Below are positions 9,488 to 20,694 of a DNA stretch of 59,400 bases, piece after piece. Position numbers and translations under genes: made by a program. This DNA is from Chromatiales bacterium (GTDB lineage: Bacteria; Pseudomonadota; Gammaproteobacteria; SZUA-152), in assembly GCA_026982555.1 (NCBI GenBank), contig JALSGT010000097.1, positions 1 to 59,400 of the forward strand. Direction: 5' to 3'. Position 1 is the stretch's first letter; every line of letters begins with the position of its first letter. Below the pieces are notes generated by a model. The model saw nothing but the letters and a program-made list of their open reading frames with translations. It did not search any database and was not told the origin of the DNA.

Positions 9488-11650
9488 TTATTTCACCACC
9501 GTCACTTTGATATTACCTTCCCGTCGTAAAACGTTAACGCCCACGTCGTTGTCGTAACGCTGAAGAAAAACATCAACCGATGCTGTACCTACAGTGAGTT
9601 TTTTGATTTCCAGGGAATCCAGCCAGGGTGGCAGCCAGGGTTTGCAAAAAATAATTTGTGCTTGCGGGGTGTTGCTTATTTCTATGCCCAGGCAGGCTTG
9701 TAGCAGGGCGAATACCACTGTGCTGGACCAGGCTTGTGGCGCACAGGCCAGCGGGTAAAGTGTCGGGCCTTCACCTTTGCGTTTGAGAAACCCGCAAAAT
9801 AATTCCGGCATACGTCGCAGATCAAGAAACAGGCTGGCTTCAAACAGGCCGGTGAGTATTTGTGTGGCTTCTTTACGATAGCCGTAACGGGCAAAGCCCA
9901 GAGCAATCATGGCATTGTCATGAGGCCAGACGGCGCCATTGTGATACGACATGGGGTTGTAACGTTTTTCGCTGGTGGCAATGGTGCGCACTCCCCAGCC
10001 GGAATAACCGGTTTCATCCAACAGGGTTTCAATGGTGCGCCGGGCGTGCTGCCGGGTGGCAATGCCGCTGAACAGGGTATGCCCGGCATTGGAGGAGCGT
10101 ACCTGGCAGGGACGTTTTTCACCGTCCAATGCCAGTGCATAGGTACCCAGTTCATCACACCAAAAGGTACGGTTAAAACGTTTTTTCAAGGCGTGTGCCT
10201 TTTTCTTCAGTGCTTCGGCTTTGTTGTGTTTGTCAAACGCCAGGTAGAGTTTTTCGGCGCAGCACCAGGCATCATAAACATAAGCCTGAACCTCACAAAG
10301 CGCGATGGCCCCACTGGCGGCACTGCCATCGGCGTGAAATATTGAGTCATCGGAATCTTTCCAGCCTTGTTGTGACAGGCCTTTTTTATTTTGGCTGGCA
10401 TATTCAAAAAAACCGTCACCATCTTTGTCACCGTAGCGATCAATCCAGTCCAGTGCGGCTTCGATGTTTTGCCAGATGGCATCAATAAAAGCGCGATCCC
10501 CCGTATGTTGAAAATAAGCACCCGCCAGTACGACAAACAGGGGTGTTGCATCAATGGTGCCGTAATATTGTGCAAAGGGGACTTCGCCCAGCGTGGACAT
10601 TTCACCGCCACGGGTTTCGTGCAGGATTTTGCCGGGTTCGGCTTCGCGAAGGGGGTCAATTTCGGTGGCCTGGTTGGCGGCAAGGAAGGCCAATACGCCA
10701 CGGGCGGTGTTGGGGTTGATCCACAGTGAGTGCAGAGCGGTGATGATGCCATCACGCCCAAAGGGTGTGCTGAACCAGGGTACACCAGCAAAGGGATAGG
10801 GGCCGTAAGGTGTATCACTGATAAGCAGATTAAGGTCCACCTGCGAGCGATTCAGCCAGTCGTTGAATTGCTCGTTGGAGGTATGAATTGCGCAGTGATT
10901 TTCGCGTGCTGTTTTTAACTCGCCTGATAATTTTTGCAGGGCATTGAAATAATCAGTGGTGGGTGCGGCACTCTGGTTCGCATCACAGTGGATATTGATA
11001 TAAATGTCTTTGTCTTCGCCGGGGAGCAGCGCCACTTCAAAATGGGCATTGTTGTTGCTGATCCTGGCATTCGCATTTTCCAGCTGAATGCAGGTGTGGC
11101 GGGTGATTTTGTCCAGGCCGGTGTAAGCCAGGGTGATGGTTTGTTGTTGTTTATCGACGTCCACAGGCAGGCAATGGCCGCGTGCCTTGCGTTGCTTGCC
11201 GCGCACTTCAAAAATGTCGGCAAAATCGGCATCGAAGGCCAGTACAAAGGGAAGGTTGATGGCCGAGGCGCCGTAGTTGCACAGGCGCAGGTGTTCATAG
11301 CAGGTGTCCTGGTAAAGCAGCTTGGCACGAAACACATGTACGGTATCAATATGCACTATGGGTTTGTTTGCGTCGTTGACGATTTCCGGGATGGTCAGGT
11401 CAACGGTAAGCAGGCTGTTGTCCTGTTTGAGCGTTGAGTTCAACAGCACCGGGCGACGGCCATCGGCCAGGCGCAGGTCCAGTTGCGATAAAAACCGGGT
11501 GTCTTGATGGTAAATTCCCTGTTCACTGCGCCCTTGGGCATGAATGTCGCCGTAGCGATCAAACACCGCAAAGCTGTTGCCGTGTTTGAGTACCAGGGTG
11601 CGATCATCCAGTGAACCGCTGTTGGTCTGGATGGTTTCGTTATCGTTCAC
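9488..11650 (-). CDS. Amylo-alpha-1,6-glucosidase / glycogen-debranching-like enzyme
   Basis: AGVPWFSTPFGRD, EPGKILHE, YYGTIDATPLF, QGWKDS, YHNGAVWPHDN and PELFCG motifs. GTG start overlaps the upstream stop (GTGA). Confidence 0.92.
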   Translation of the reverse strand: MNDNETIQTNSGSLDDRTLVLKHGNSFAVFDRYGDIHAQGRSEQGIYHQDTRFLSQLDLRLADGRRPVLLNSTLKQDNSLLTVDLTIPEIVNDANKPIVHIDTVHVFRAKLLYQDTCYEHLRLCNYGASAINLPFVLAFDADFADIFEVRGKQRKARGHCLPVDVDKQQQTITLAYTGLDKITRHTCIQLENANARISNNNAHFEVALLPGEDKDIYINIHCDANQSAAPTTDYFNALQKLSGELKTARENHCAIHTSNEQFNDWLNRSQVDLNLLISDTPYGPYPFAGVPWFSTPFGRDGIITALHSLWINPNTARGVLAFLAANQATEIDPLREAEPGKILHETRGGEMSTLGEVPFAQYYGTIDATPLFVVLAGAYFQHTGDRAFIDAIWQNIEAALDWIDRYGDKDGDGFFEYASQNKKGLSQQGWKDSDDSIFHADGSAASGAIALCEVQAYVYDAWCCAEKLYLAFDKHNKAEALKKKAHALKKRFNRTFWCDELGTYALALDGEKRPCQVRSSNAGHTLFSGIATRQHARRTIETLLDETGYSGWGVRTIATSEKRYNPMSYHNGAVWPHDNAMIALGFARYGYRKEATQILTGLFEASLFLDLRRMPELFCGFLKRKGEGPTLYPLACAPQAWSSTVVFALLQACLGIEISNTPQAQIIFCKPWLPPWLDSLEIKKLTVGTASVDVFLQRYDNDVGVNVLRREGNIKVTVVK

Positions 11651-12795
11651 AGGCTGTTTGTCTGGTCAGTGAAAGTGACCGCTGTTGTTAACGTGTCATC
11701 AGTGGTTGTCATCAGGTTTTGCAGGGCGTGGCTTGTGGTTTCCGGGCGTTTTGTGTGCGGCTCATTTTTTTGGTGCTGGCGGATTTGTTGCTCGTAAAGG
11801 CGCAGATAACTTTGGGTCATGCGCTGTGATGAGAAACGGTGTTCAAAAACCTGGCGGCATTGTTGCCGGTCGATACTGTCCAACCGGTGGATGGCGTTAA
11901 CGGCTTCTCGCTGTGTGTTGACGATAAATCCGCTGACGCCATGTTCTATTACTTCGGGTACTGCGCCGCGATTATAGGCAATCACTGGTGTGCCGCAGGC
12001 CATTGCTTCGGTCATCACCAGACCAAAGGGCTCCGGCCAGCTGATGGGAAACAGCAAGGCGCTGGCATTGCCGAGGAATTCCTGTTTTTGCATGTCGTTA
12101 ATCTCGCCAATGAACTCGACACCAGGCTGTTTCAATAATGGTTGAATGGTTTTCGCAAAATAGTGCTTGTCCACCAGATCAACCTTGGCGGCAATTTTTA
12201 ATTGGCGTCCTGTCTGACGGGCAATGTTGATGGCTTCATCAATGCCTTTTTCCGGGGATGTACGTCCCAGAAAGGCCAGGTAATCCTCCGCTTTGGCGCG
12301 ATATTGGTAGAGGTCAAGCGGCAGACCGTTGTAGACCGTGCCTTGCCAGTTGGCATAGGGCAGGGGTTCGCGCTGCGAGTCAGAAATGGAAACCACGGGA
12401 ATTTCATGAAATTCACGATTCAGTCCTTCCAGTTCCGCGATGTCCAGACGGTCATGCTGGGTGGTGATGTGCGGTGTTGTTAATCGTCGTCCCAGGGGAA
12501 AATGTTGATAACCGGTGTGAAAGTGAATGATGTCAAAGTCAGCTGCCCGCCGGTAAAGTTCTTCAAACATGACCAGGTGGTGTGCCTGTGACTCCTGGCA
12601 GGCATCAAGCCGTAAGGCATGTTTACAAGGTGCGATGAGTCGTGCCGAGGTTACCGAGTCCCCACTGGCAAACAGAGTGACATCATGGCCCTGAGCCACC
12701 AGTTCTTCTGTCAGATAGGAAACGATGCGTTCAATTCCGCCGTATTGTCGGGGAGGTACGCTTTCGATAAGAGGGGAAACCTGGGCTATTTTCAT
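11647..12795 (-). CDS. Glycosyltransferase family 4 protein
   Basis: VPPRQYGGIE, GRTSPEKG and EPFGLVMTEAMACGTPVIA (E-x7-E) motifs. Confidence 0.93.
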   Translation of the reverse strand: MKIAQVSPLIESVPPRQYGGIERIVSYLTEELVAQGHDVTLFASGDSVTSARLIAPCKHALRLDACQESQAHHLVMFEELYRRAADFDIIHFHTGYQHFPLGRRLTTPHITTQHDRLDIAELEGLNREFHEIPVVSISDSQREPLPYANWQGTVYNGLPLDLYQYRAKAEDYLAFLGRTSPEKGIDEAINIARQTGRQLKIAAKVDLVDKHYFAKTIQPLLKQPGVEFIGEINDMQKQEFLGNASALLFPISWPEPFGLVMTEAMACGTPVIAYNRGAVPEVIEHGVSGFIVNTQREAVNAIHRLDSIDRQQCRQVFEHRFSSQRMTQSYLRLYEQQIRQHQKNEPHTKRPETTSHALQNLMTTTDDTLTTAVTFTDQTNSL

Positions 12796-13391
12796 CGTGT
12801 GCTTTTTCCTTGTCAGCGAGACTGCCGGGTTACGCGCAACGACTTTACGTTCCCGGACAGGCTTCTATCGGGGAGGCTATGCAAATTTCTTCAGCCAATG
12901 GTTTATTCGTTGGCTAATTGTAGTTCGTTTTTTAAGATTTCAAGGCAGGTTCCCGGATTTTATGGTTTTTTGAGGAAATTGAGCAAAAATGAGGAAAGGT
13001 GGGGTGGAACTAACTTAGAGGTTTGTGATGCATGGTCTAACGGTGGGTGCCGGGATATTAAGGGTAAATTTCTTGAGGTGTTCGCCGATATTGCTTTTGC
13101 TTGATCAAGATTGCTTTACTCGGAATGGATGAACGATCTGTGGGCGGGTGAACCGCGCAGCGTCACTAAAAAAATATTGCGAAGCGTGATATGCGTAATG
13201 CTGTTTTGCGCCATATCGATAATCACTGATTAGCCGTTTATTCAGGGCAGACTGCCGTGATGAATGTGCCTGAATATATTCTGATGGTATTTCCTGAAGA
13301 ATGTATTTGGGTTGCCGCTAATATCAACACGGAAAGAAAAATATATTAACAGCGTAAGTGACAGTGCGTGCGATTCAGGAGGGCCGGGAGC

Positions 13392-13775
13392 ATGACAAAC
13401 CTTCAAAAAGAAAATATTGATAAGATCATTCGTCCCATACTCAGGACGTTAAACGGAAAATCACCGGAGATGGAAGCATCGGCGGTGATGTCTCGTGATG
13501 GCATGAGCGTTGCCTCGGTATTGGGTGATGGTGTTGACCCGGATCGGCTGGGTGCCATGTGCGCGGCACTGTTGGGCCTGGCTGACCGGACGGCAAACGA
13601 GCTGGCGCGCGGTGAATTGAAACTGGTGTTGCTGCATGGCAGTAAAGGTGTGTTGCTGCTGGTGCATGTTGGCACTACACATGTGTTGGCGGTGTCGGCC
13701 AAGCCCGGTATCAATCTCGGCATGGTTTTGATGGAAGCGAAAAAAACCGCAGCAATGCTGGCAAACACAATGTAA
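13392..13775 (+). CDS. Roadblock/LC7 (MglB-like) domain protein
   Basis: AVMSRDGMSVAS, DRLGAMCAALL, RGEL..V, NLG..L pattern; GGGAG RBS before the ATG at 13392. Confidence 0.88.
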   Translation: MTNLQKENIDKIIRPILRTLNGKSPEMEASAVMSRDGMSVASVLGDGVDPDRLGAMCAALLGLADRTANELARGELKLVLLHGSKGVLLLVHVGTTHVLAVSAKPGINLGMVLMEAKKTAAMLANTM

Positions 13776-14005
13776 AACCGGTTCTGGTACAATAACCACT
13801 CTCAGGTTGTTGTGAATGATTTATTCGTGTCATTTTCGCACGGAATAAAATTCTGTAAATATGATTGATCTGTCTGGATGTCCGTTCAGACTTATACCCC
13901 TACAGCCTCCTGTTTAAGAATAGCCTTGTTATGCCGATGTTATTATGGGATGGCATGGGCGTCGATAAATGGTGGCCAGCAAATGCAAGTACTGAGGGAG
14001 CTTCC

Positions 14006-14365
14006 TTGGAACAAGAAACCATAGAATCAATTCTGAAAGCGCTGAATAATACGAATCCACAGATACTGTTATCCATGGTTGTGATGCCGGATGGTCTGGC
14101 GTTGGCTTATGAAGGCAATGTGGATGATTTTGAAAAAGTGGGTGCCTTGTACATCGAATTGCAACTGATGTGCGAAAAAATCATGTCAGAACTCGAATAC
14201 GGTGAGCTGGAAGAAATGTTTATCCGTTCCAAATCAGGTTGTGTGGTGTTGCTGCCCATCGGTGATAAAGGGCTGCTGGCCTGCATGTCCACCCCGGATG
14301 TGAACGCCTCAAAATTGCAGATGTTTACCTGGAAAGCAGTCAGCCGGTTGTTTGAGCTTATGTGA
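14006..14365 (+). CDS. Second Roadblock/LC7 domain protein
   Basis: [25 protein letters not shown] pattern. TTG at 14006 follows GAGGGAG (ORF track extends to 13865). The 3' end overlaps the dapE stop. Confidence 0.8.
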   Translation: MEQETIESILKALNNTNPQILLSMVVMPDGLALAYEGNVDDFEKVGALYIELQLMCEKIMSELEYGELEEMFIRSKSGCVVLLPIGDKGLLACMSTPDVNASKLQMFTWKAVSRLFELM

Positions 14366-15497
14366 GCAGCTCTTCCAGTATTTGCTCATACATGCCTGAC
14401 AGTTTTTCCAGGTCTTCCACAGCCACGCATTCGTCAATTTTATGAATGGTGGCATTCACCGGACCCAGTTCCACAACCTGTGCGCCTGTCGGTGCAATAA
14501 AACGACCATCCGAAGTGCCGCCTGCCGTTGACAGTTTTGCGGTAACACCAGTGATTTTTTGCGTGGCGGCTTTGGCGGCATCCACCAGCGCACCGCTGGC
14601 GGTTAAAAACGGTTTGCCGGAAAGATTCCACTGGATGGTGTGTTTGAGGTTATGCCGGTTAATAATAGCCTGCACCTGCTGTTGCAATTGCTCGTGCGTG
14701 ACTTCCGTGGAATACCGAAAATTAAAGACCACCACGGCATCACCGGGAATCACATTGGTGGCACCGGTGCCCGCATTAATATTGGAAACCTGGAACGTGG
14801 TTGCAGGAAAAAATGCATTGCCTTGATCCCACGCTTGCATGCACAACTCAGCCAGCAGGGGCGCGAGGCGGTGAATCGGGTTGTCTGCTAAATGGGGATA
14901 GGCGACATGGCCCTGCACTCCGTGGATGGTAAGGGTGCAGCCCAGTGAACCACGACGGCCATTTTTAATCACATCGCCCACCACATCTGTGCTGGAAGGT
15001 TCACCCACCAGACAGCCGTCCATTTTTTCACCGCGTGCTTCAAGGTGTTCGATGACTTTTATTGTGCCGTTAATGGACGGGCCTTCTTCATCGCTGGTGA
15101 TGAGAAAACCGATGGAGCCAGTGTGGTCAGGATGTGCAGCCACGAAACGTTCGCAGGCTGTGACCATGGCTGCGAGGCTGCCTTTCATGTCTGCCGCACC
15201 ACGGCCATGCAACATGCCATCGATAACGGTGGGCTCAAAGGGTGGGGATTGCCACTGTGCCTCCGGGCCAGTGGGCACCACGTCGGTATGTCCGGCGAAG
15301 GCATAGAGCGGGGCACGGGTACCGCGCCGTGCCCAGAAATTATCCACGTCATCAAAACGCAGGCGTTCAACCACAAAGCCCAGTGCTTCAAGGCGTGTGA
15401 TCATCAGCTCCTGGCAACCGGCATCTTCGGGGGTTATTGAGCGACGGGAGATAAGGTCTTTGGCCAGAGTCAGTGTGGCGGATTCTGTTTGTTTCAT
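14358..15497 (-). CDS. dapE: Succinyl-diaminopimelate desuccinylase
   Basis: [31 protein letters not shown] and GGTSDGRF motifs. Confidence 0.97.
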   Translation of the reverse strand: MKQTESATLTLAKDLISRRSITPEDAGCQELMITRLEALGFVVERLRFDDVDNFWARRGTRAPLYAFAGHTDVVPTGPEAQWQSPPFEPTVIDGMLHGRGAADMKGSLAAMVTACERFVAAHPDHTGSIGFLITSDEEGPSINGTIKVIEHLEARGEKMDGCLVGEPSSTDVVGDVIKNGRRGSLGCTLTIHGVQGHVAYPHLADNPIHRLAPLLAELCMQAWDQGNAFFPATTFQVSNINAGTGATNVIPGDAVVVFNFRYSTEVTHEQLQQQVQAIINRHNLKHTIQWNLSGKPFLTASGALVDAAKAATQKITGVTAKLSTAGGTSDGRFIAPTGAQVVELGPVNATIHKIDECVAVEDLEKLSGMYEQILEELLT

Positions 15498-15543
15498 TGT
15501 ATTTACAAGCCTCTGCTGTTATCGCCAGCCGGATTACGTGCGG

Positions 15544-15564
15544 GGTGGGCAATGCCCACCCTAC
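15544..15564 (-). repeat. GTAG-type REP (GTAGGGTGGGCATTGCCCACC) whose TAG is the stop codon of the ArsC-family gene
   Basis: GTAG plus the hairpin GGTGGGCA-T-TGCCCACC; CTA at 15561-15563 is the ORF stop. Confidence 0.7.
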
Positions 15565-15914
15565 GGGGTCTGGTCGAATACCGTTGCATAGTCAGCGGGT
15601 TTGAAGCCCACATGGATATTTTTGTTATGTATCAACACAGGGCGTTTAATCAAGGTTGGCTGGCTTGACATTAATTGGATGGCATTGGTTTCGTTGATGT
15701 CTTCTTTATCTTTGTCCGGCAACTGCCGCCAGGTGGTGCTGCGCCGGTTGAGCAGGCTTTCCCAGCCGACAGATTTCACCCAGGCAGACAGATCATTTTT
15801 GTCCAGGCCGTCGTTACGCATATCATGAAAAGTATATTTGATGTTGTGTGCATCCAGCCACTTGCAAGCCTTGCGCACAGTATCGCAGTTTTTAATGCCG
15901 TAGAGTGTTGTCAT
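15561..15914 (-). CDS. ArsC/Spx family reductase (YffB-like)
   Basis: YGIKNCDTVRKA, LLNRRSTTWR and PTLIKRPVL motifs; usual neighbour of dapE. Confidence 0.93.
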   Translation of the reverse strand: MTTLYGIKNCDTVRKACKWLDAHNIKYTFHDMRNDGLDKNDLSAWVKSVGWESLLNRRSTTWRQLPDKDKEDINETNAIQLMSSQPTLIKRPVLIHNKNIHVGFKPADYATVFDQTP

Positions 15915-15928
15915 TGGTCAGAAGGCGA

Positions 15929-16750
15929 CTAAATGTCACGCAGCAGTTCGTTAATGCCCACCTTGCCACGGGTTTTGTCATCGACTTTTTTCACAATAAC
16001 GGCACAGTACAGTGAATAGCTGCCATCTTTAGATGGCAGGTTACCGGACACCACCACGGAACCCGCAGGGATACGGCCATAGGTGACTTCACCGGTTTCA
16101 CGGTCATAGATTTTGGTACTCTGGCCGATGTATACGCCCATGGAAATCACCGAACCTTCTTCGACGATGACACCTTCCACCACTTCAGAGCGCGCGCCGA
16201 TGAAGCAGTTGTCTTCAATGATCGTCGGGGAAGCCTGTAACGGCTCCAGTACGCCGCCGATGCCCACGCCACCGGAGAGGTGAACGTTTTTGCCGATTTG
16301 CGCACAGGAACCTACCGTGGCCCAGGTGTCTACCATGGTGCCACTGTCCACATAGGCGCCAATGTTGACATAGGAAGGCATCAGTATGACACCCGGCGCA
16401 ATATAAGAGCCGGTACGGACAGAGGCGGGTGGCACCACGCGCACACCGGATTCACGAAAATCCCGCGCATTGTAACTGCCAAATTTCGATTGCACTTTGT
16501 CAAAATAATTGGCAAAGCCGCCTTTCATGAATTCGTTGTCTTCAATGCGAAATGACAGCAGTACGGCTTTTTTCAGCCATTCATTGGTGACCCATTCACC
16601 TTCGATTTTTTCAGCAACACGCAGTTCACCAGTATCCAGCAGACGGATGGCTTCGGTAACGTATTCCTTGACATGAGTGTCTACATTGCGGGGGGTGATA
16701 TCGGCGCGTTTTTCAAAGGCGTCTTCGATGACTTTTTTCAGGTCGGTCAT
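15929..16750 (-). CDS. dapD: 2,3,4,5-tetrahydropyridine-2,6-dicarboxylate N-succinyltransferase
   Basis: [25 protein letters not shown] and GGVLEPLQA motifs. Confidence 0.98.
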   Translation of the reverse strand: MTDLKKVIEDAFEKRADITPRNVDTHVKEYVTEAIRLLDTGELRVAEKIEGEWVTNEWLKKAVLLSFRIEDNEFMKGGFANYFDKVQSKFGSYNARDFRESGVRVVPPASVRTGSYIAPGVILMPSYVNIGAYVDSGTMVDTWATVGSCAQIGKNVHLSGGVGIGGVLEPLQASPTIIEDNCFIGARSEVVEGVIVEEGSVISMGVYIGQSTKIYDRETGEVTYGRIPAGSVVVSGNLPSKDGSYSLYCAVIVKKVDDKTRGKVGINELLRDI

Positions 16751-16778
16751 TGTGTTGCTCCAGATTAAACAGATTAAT

Positions 16779-17996
16779 TTATGAATGTTTCAGTGTTTCT
16801 ACATAACTGCGAATACGTTGTGCAGCATCAATGCATTCTTCCAGTGGTGCCACCAGTGCCATGCGTATGCGGTTTTCACCGGGGTTGCCTGTCAGGGTAT
16901 CGCGGGATAAAAAGCATCCCGGCACCACAGTGACGTTTTGCTGCGCAAATAAATCACGGGCGAACGTTTTATCATCGACAGGTGTTTTTGCCCACAGATA
17001 AAAACCGGCATCAGGTCGCTGTGCGTCCAGTACAGGTGACAATATATCCAGCACAGCATCAAATTTTTCACGATAACGCGCGCGGTTATCTGCAACATGT
17101 TGCTCGTCATCCCAGGCTTTGACACTGGCAGCCTGTACAGGAGGAGACATGGTACAGCCGTGATAGGTGCGATAGAGCAAAAATGTGGTCAGTATATCCG
17201 CATCACCCGCCACAAACCCGGAGCGCAGCCCCGGCAGGTTGGAGCGCTTCGACAGGCTGTGAAATACCACGCAACGCTTAAAATCATTACGGCCTATTTT
17301 TGCCGCAACTTCCAGTAGGCCGACGGGCGGTACGGTTTCGTCAAAATAGATTTCCGAATAACATTCGTCGGAAGCAATGATGAAATCGTGCTCATCGGCC
17401 AGAGCAATGAGCTGACGCAGGCCAGCTTCGCCGATGACCGCGCCAGTGGGATTGCCGGGAGAGCACAGGTAAATCAGCTGGCAGCGTTGCCAGATTTCAA
17501 CGGGTACCGTATCGAAATCGGGCACAAAGCCGGTGTCCTCCGAGGTGTTCAAAAACCACGGTTCCGCACCGGCCAAAAGGGTTGCCCCTTCATAAATCTG
17601 GTAAAACGGATTAGGCATGACCACCACAGCACCCTTGCTATGATCCGGGTTGCGATTTACCACCACCTGAGCAAAAGCAAACAACGCTTCGCGAGTGCCG
17701 TTGACGGGCAGGACATGTCGCTCGGGATCGAGCAGGTTCGAGGCAATATCGAAACGCTGTGACAGCCAGCGGGCAACGGTTTCACGCAATGCCAGTGTGC
17801 CTTTGGTGAGCGGATAATTTTCCAGCCCCCGCAATTGCGCGGTCATTTCCGTCAGTACAAAATCCGGCGCAGCATGTTTCGGCTCACCGATGGACAGCAT
17901 GATAGGTGATTTGTGTGCAGGCGGGACGATACCGGCGTTCAGTGCGCGCAGCTTTTCGAACGGGTACGGATGTAGCCGGTGGAGGTCTGGATTCAT
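16779..17996 (-). CDS. dapC: N-succinyldiaminopimelate aminotransferase
   Basis: [14 protein letters not shown] start, [17 protein letters not shown] and PLP-lysine motif SLSKRSN; in the dap operon. Confidence 0.95.
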   Translation of the reverse strand: MNPDLHRLHPYPFEKLRALNAGIVPPAHKSPIMLSIGEPKHAAPDFVLTEMTAQLRGLENYPLTKGTLALRETVARWLSQRFDIASNLLDPERHVLPVNGTREALFAFAQVVVNRNPDHSKGAVVVMPNPFYQIYEGATLLAGAEPWFLNTSEDTGFVPDFDTVPVEIWQRCQLIYLCSPGNPTGAVIGEAGLRQLIALADEHDFIIASDECYSEIYFDETVPPVGLLEVAAKIGRNDFKRCVVFHSLSKRSNLPGLRSGFVAGDADILTTFLLYRTYHGCTMSPPVQAASVKAWDDEQHVADNRARYREKFDAVLDILSPVLDAQRPDAGFYLWAKTPVDDKTFARDLFAQQNVTVVPGCFLSRDTLTGNPGENRIRMALVAPLEECIDAAQRIRSYVETLKHS

Positions 17997-18118
17997 GTTC
18001 GCTTTATTAATTCAAGGCCGGGAAAAACAAGCCGTGTAGTATACCGGAGAACGAGAGTGGGTACACCGCGACAAATCAAAGGGGATATGGATGAAAAACG
18101 ATAACAGGACTCATCACC

Positions 18119-19030
18119 TTGGGGGCTAACGCATTGAAAACCGGCACAATGGGTCCGGTATTATTATTGCTGTGGGCCGCCACTTTTTGGGGCGTGGTGT
18201 GGTATCCGCTGCGGCTACTGGAAGCCGCAGGTCTCAGCGGGCTGTGGACGACCTGGGTGATTTTCGCCGTTGCCTCACTGCCAGGGCTGTGGCTGGTGTG
18301 GCCGCACCGTCATATATTGCGGGATCAGCCAGGGTTACTGTTGCTCATCGCGCTGGCCAATGGCTGGCTGAATACCGCGTTTGTGCTTGCCGTGCTGGAT
18401 GGCAATGTCGTGCGTGTATTGCTGTTGTTTTACCTGTCGCCATTATGGAGCACCCTGCTGGCGTGGTGGTGGCTGGGAGAGCGACCGTCGCGTTTGGGGC
18501 TTGCCACGCTGGCCATGGCGATGGCGGGCGCATTGCTGATGTTGTGGAATCCGCAACTGGGTTTCCCCTGGCCGCAGGATCAGGCTGACTGGCTGGCAAT
18601 CAGCGCCGGTATCGGCTTTTCGTTTTCCAATGTGGCCGTGCGCCGGTTGAAACATATGCCCACCATCGTTAAGGCTGCGGTTACCTGGTGGGGTGTGGTG
18701 GTGGTGGCCGGAATCTGGTTGCTTCTTATACAGGCACCGATGCCTGCCATCTCCGGTGGAGCCTGGATCGGTGCAGTGATTCTGGGAGGTATCGGTATTT
18801 TTAGTGCCTCGCTGGCGCTGATTTATGGCGTGGAAAAAATGCCGGTGCATCGTTCAGCAGTGATTTTATTGTTTGAGCTGGTGGCGGGGGCGGTGTCGTC
18901 GCAATTACTCACCAATGAAATTGTGACAACCATAGAATGGTTCGGCGGGGCGCTGATTGTTCTTGCGGCGTATCTGTCGGTGCAGGGCAGCAGTGATGGC
19001 AATCCGCAAAAAATAATAAAGGAAAAATAA
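18119..19030 (+). CDS. DMT/EamA family transporter
   Basis: About 10 hydrophobic segments; FWG..W, LLFYLSPLW, LGE and ILLFE motifs. Start may be slightly downstream. Confidence 0.9.
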   Translation: MGANALKTGTMGPVLLLLWAATFWGVVWYPLRLLEAAGLSGLWTTWVIFAVASLPGLWLVWPHRHILRDQPGLLLLIALANGWLNTAFVLAVLDGNVVRVLLLFYLSPLWSTLLAWWWLGERPSRLGLATLAMAMAGALLMLWNPQLGFPWPQDQADWLAISAGIGFSFSNVAVRRLKHMPTIVKAAVTWWGVVVVAGIWLLLIQAPMPAISGGAWIGAVILGGIGIFSASLALIYGVEKMPVHRSAVILLFELVAGAVSSQLLTNEIVTTIEWFGGALIVLAAYLSVQGSSDGNPQKIIKEK

Positions 19031-19032
19031 TA

Positions 19033-19404
19033 ATGTATGGTATTTTGCATGTGAGTTTTATTGTCACGGATACAAAGCGCGCACTACGGTTTTATTGTGA
19101 TGTGCTGGGGTTGGAAATAAATCATCACCGCCCGGACCTGGGATATCCCGGTGTATGGCTGGATTGTGGTGGTGATCAGCAGATTCATTTACTGGAACTG
19201 CCAAACCCGGACCCGGTGACAGGTCGTCCGGAACATGGCGGCAGGGACCGGCATGCGGCTTTTGCAATAGACAAGCTGGATGTATTGAGCGCATCGCTGG
19301 AAGCCGCAGGGATTAAGTTTACCCGCAGCAAATCCGGGCGGCAGGCGCTGTTTTGTCGTGACCCGGATGGCAATGCCCTGGAGTTTGTTGAGGCAACCGC
19401 GTGA
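19033..19404 (+). CDS. VOC/glyoxalase family protein
   Basis: HVS, FY.DVLGL, QIHL, GRDRHAAF and DPDGNALE motifs. Confidence 0.92.
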   Translation: MYGILHVSFIVTDTKRALRFYCDVLGLEINHHRPDLGYPGVWLDCGGDQQIHLLELPNPDPVTGRPEHGGRDRHAAFAIDKLDVLSASLEAAGIKFTRSKSGRQALFCRDPDGNALEFVEATA

Positions 19405-19734
19405 CGGGTTTGCATCAACATATCTTTTAATCTACGCCTCATTACTGGTGGGGCAATCGCCCGGTTTTCAACAGGCTCACATATCCTCGAAGCAGTCAAC
19501 TGCGAAATCTGGTACATCAGCCACTTTAACCATGTTTACTTGCATTTCAACACTGACGCGCTGCGCAAATATTCGACAGCCGTGGTATGACTTTCGTTTG
19601 ACTCGCCGTGTTTGTGTGTGCAGTGGTGTTTCGATGAAAAAAAGAATCGTGCTACTCAGGCATACTCCTTGTAACATACGGCGCTGTACTTTTTCTGCAC
19701 CTGCGATGGTCAATTATCCTACACGAGGAATAAC

Positions 19735-20694
19735 ATGGTAAAAGTGTATTTTACAGTTGATGTCGAAATATGGTGTGACGGCTGGAATGATATTGACAAT
19801 AAATTTAACGCCGCATTTCAGCGTTACATTTATGGACCAACAAAAAAAGGAAACTACGGGCTACCCTACAAGCTAGATGTGTTAAATGATCACGGGCTAA
19901 CAGGTGTTTTTTTTGTTGAACCCTTGTTTTCCCTGAGATTTGGTGCTGATTCCCTTTCCGAGATAACCGGATTGATCATGGACGAAAATCAACCGGTAGA
20001 ACTTCATTTACATACCGAGTGGGTTGATGAAGCAAAAGTTTCACCGATACCCAATATCACAGAGAAGCGTCAACATCTCAGGCACTTCCAGCCTGATGAG
20101 CAAAAAATCCTCGTTGAGACAGGAAAAAACCTGCTGAATCAAGCAGGAGTGATGCATATAAATGCATTTAGAGCAGGCAGCTTTGGTTTTAATATCCATA
20201 CGCTCTCCGCGCTTCGCGAGACGGGTATTCGTGTTGACAGTAGTTATAACGCAACATTAATGGGGCTTGATAGTGGCTTAATGCCGGGTCATGTTGTGAC
20301 AGAACCTCTTGTTCATGATGGCGTATATGAAGTACCAATGACGGTTTTTTATGATTGGCGGGATCATTTGCGGCATACCCAGTTATGCGCATGTTCTTCA
20401 AGAGAGCTGGAAGGCATTCTGTGGAAAAGCCTTGAGGAAGGCAGAAAAGAGGTTGTTATCTTGTCCCACAGTTTTGAACTGCTGGATAAAACATGTACCC
20501 GTCCCAATCCCGTTGTCATAAAGCGGTTCCGAAAACTGTGCGCATTTCTGGACAAAAACAGAGATTGTTTCAGTGTTGAAGGATTTTCAGATTTCACTGT
20601 TGATAATTTGTCGGAGCAGCCTTTGCCCTTAAGGTCTCCGGTATGGGCAACAGGGTTAAGGGTTTTAGAGCAGGCATGGAGTAAATATGCATGA
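19735..20694 (+). CDS. Polysaccharide deacetylase-like (CE4/NodB fold) protein
   Basis: FTVDVE, GVFFVE, ELHLHTEW, FRAGSF and DSSYN motifs; GAGG RBS. Confidence 0.8.
   Translation: MVKVYFTVDVEIWCDGWNDIDNKFNAAFQRYIYGPTKKGNYGLPYKLDVLNDHGLTGVFFVEPLFSLRFGADSLSEITGLIMDENQPVELHLHTEWVDEAKVSPIPNITEKRQHLRHFQPDEQKILVETGKNLLNQAGVMHINAFRAGSFGFNIHTLSALRETGIRVDSSYNATLMGLDSGLMPGHVVTEPLVHDGVYEVPMTVFYDWRDHLRHTQLCACSSRELEGILWKSLEEGRKEVVILSHSFELLDKTCTRPNPVVIKRFRKLCAFLDKNRDCFSVEGFSDFTVDNLSEQPLPLRSPVWATGLRVLEQAWSKYA

Noticed and set aside
8919-9557. Short ORFs 9021-9227, 9090-9278 and 9264-9557
   Set aside because: No recognisable motifs; they run through REP sequence or overlap the convergent gene.
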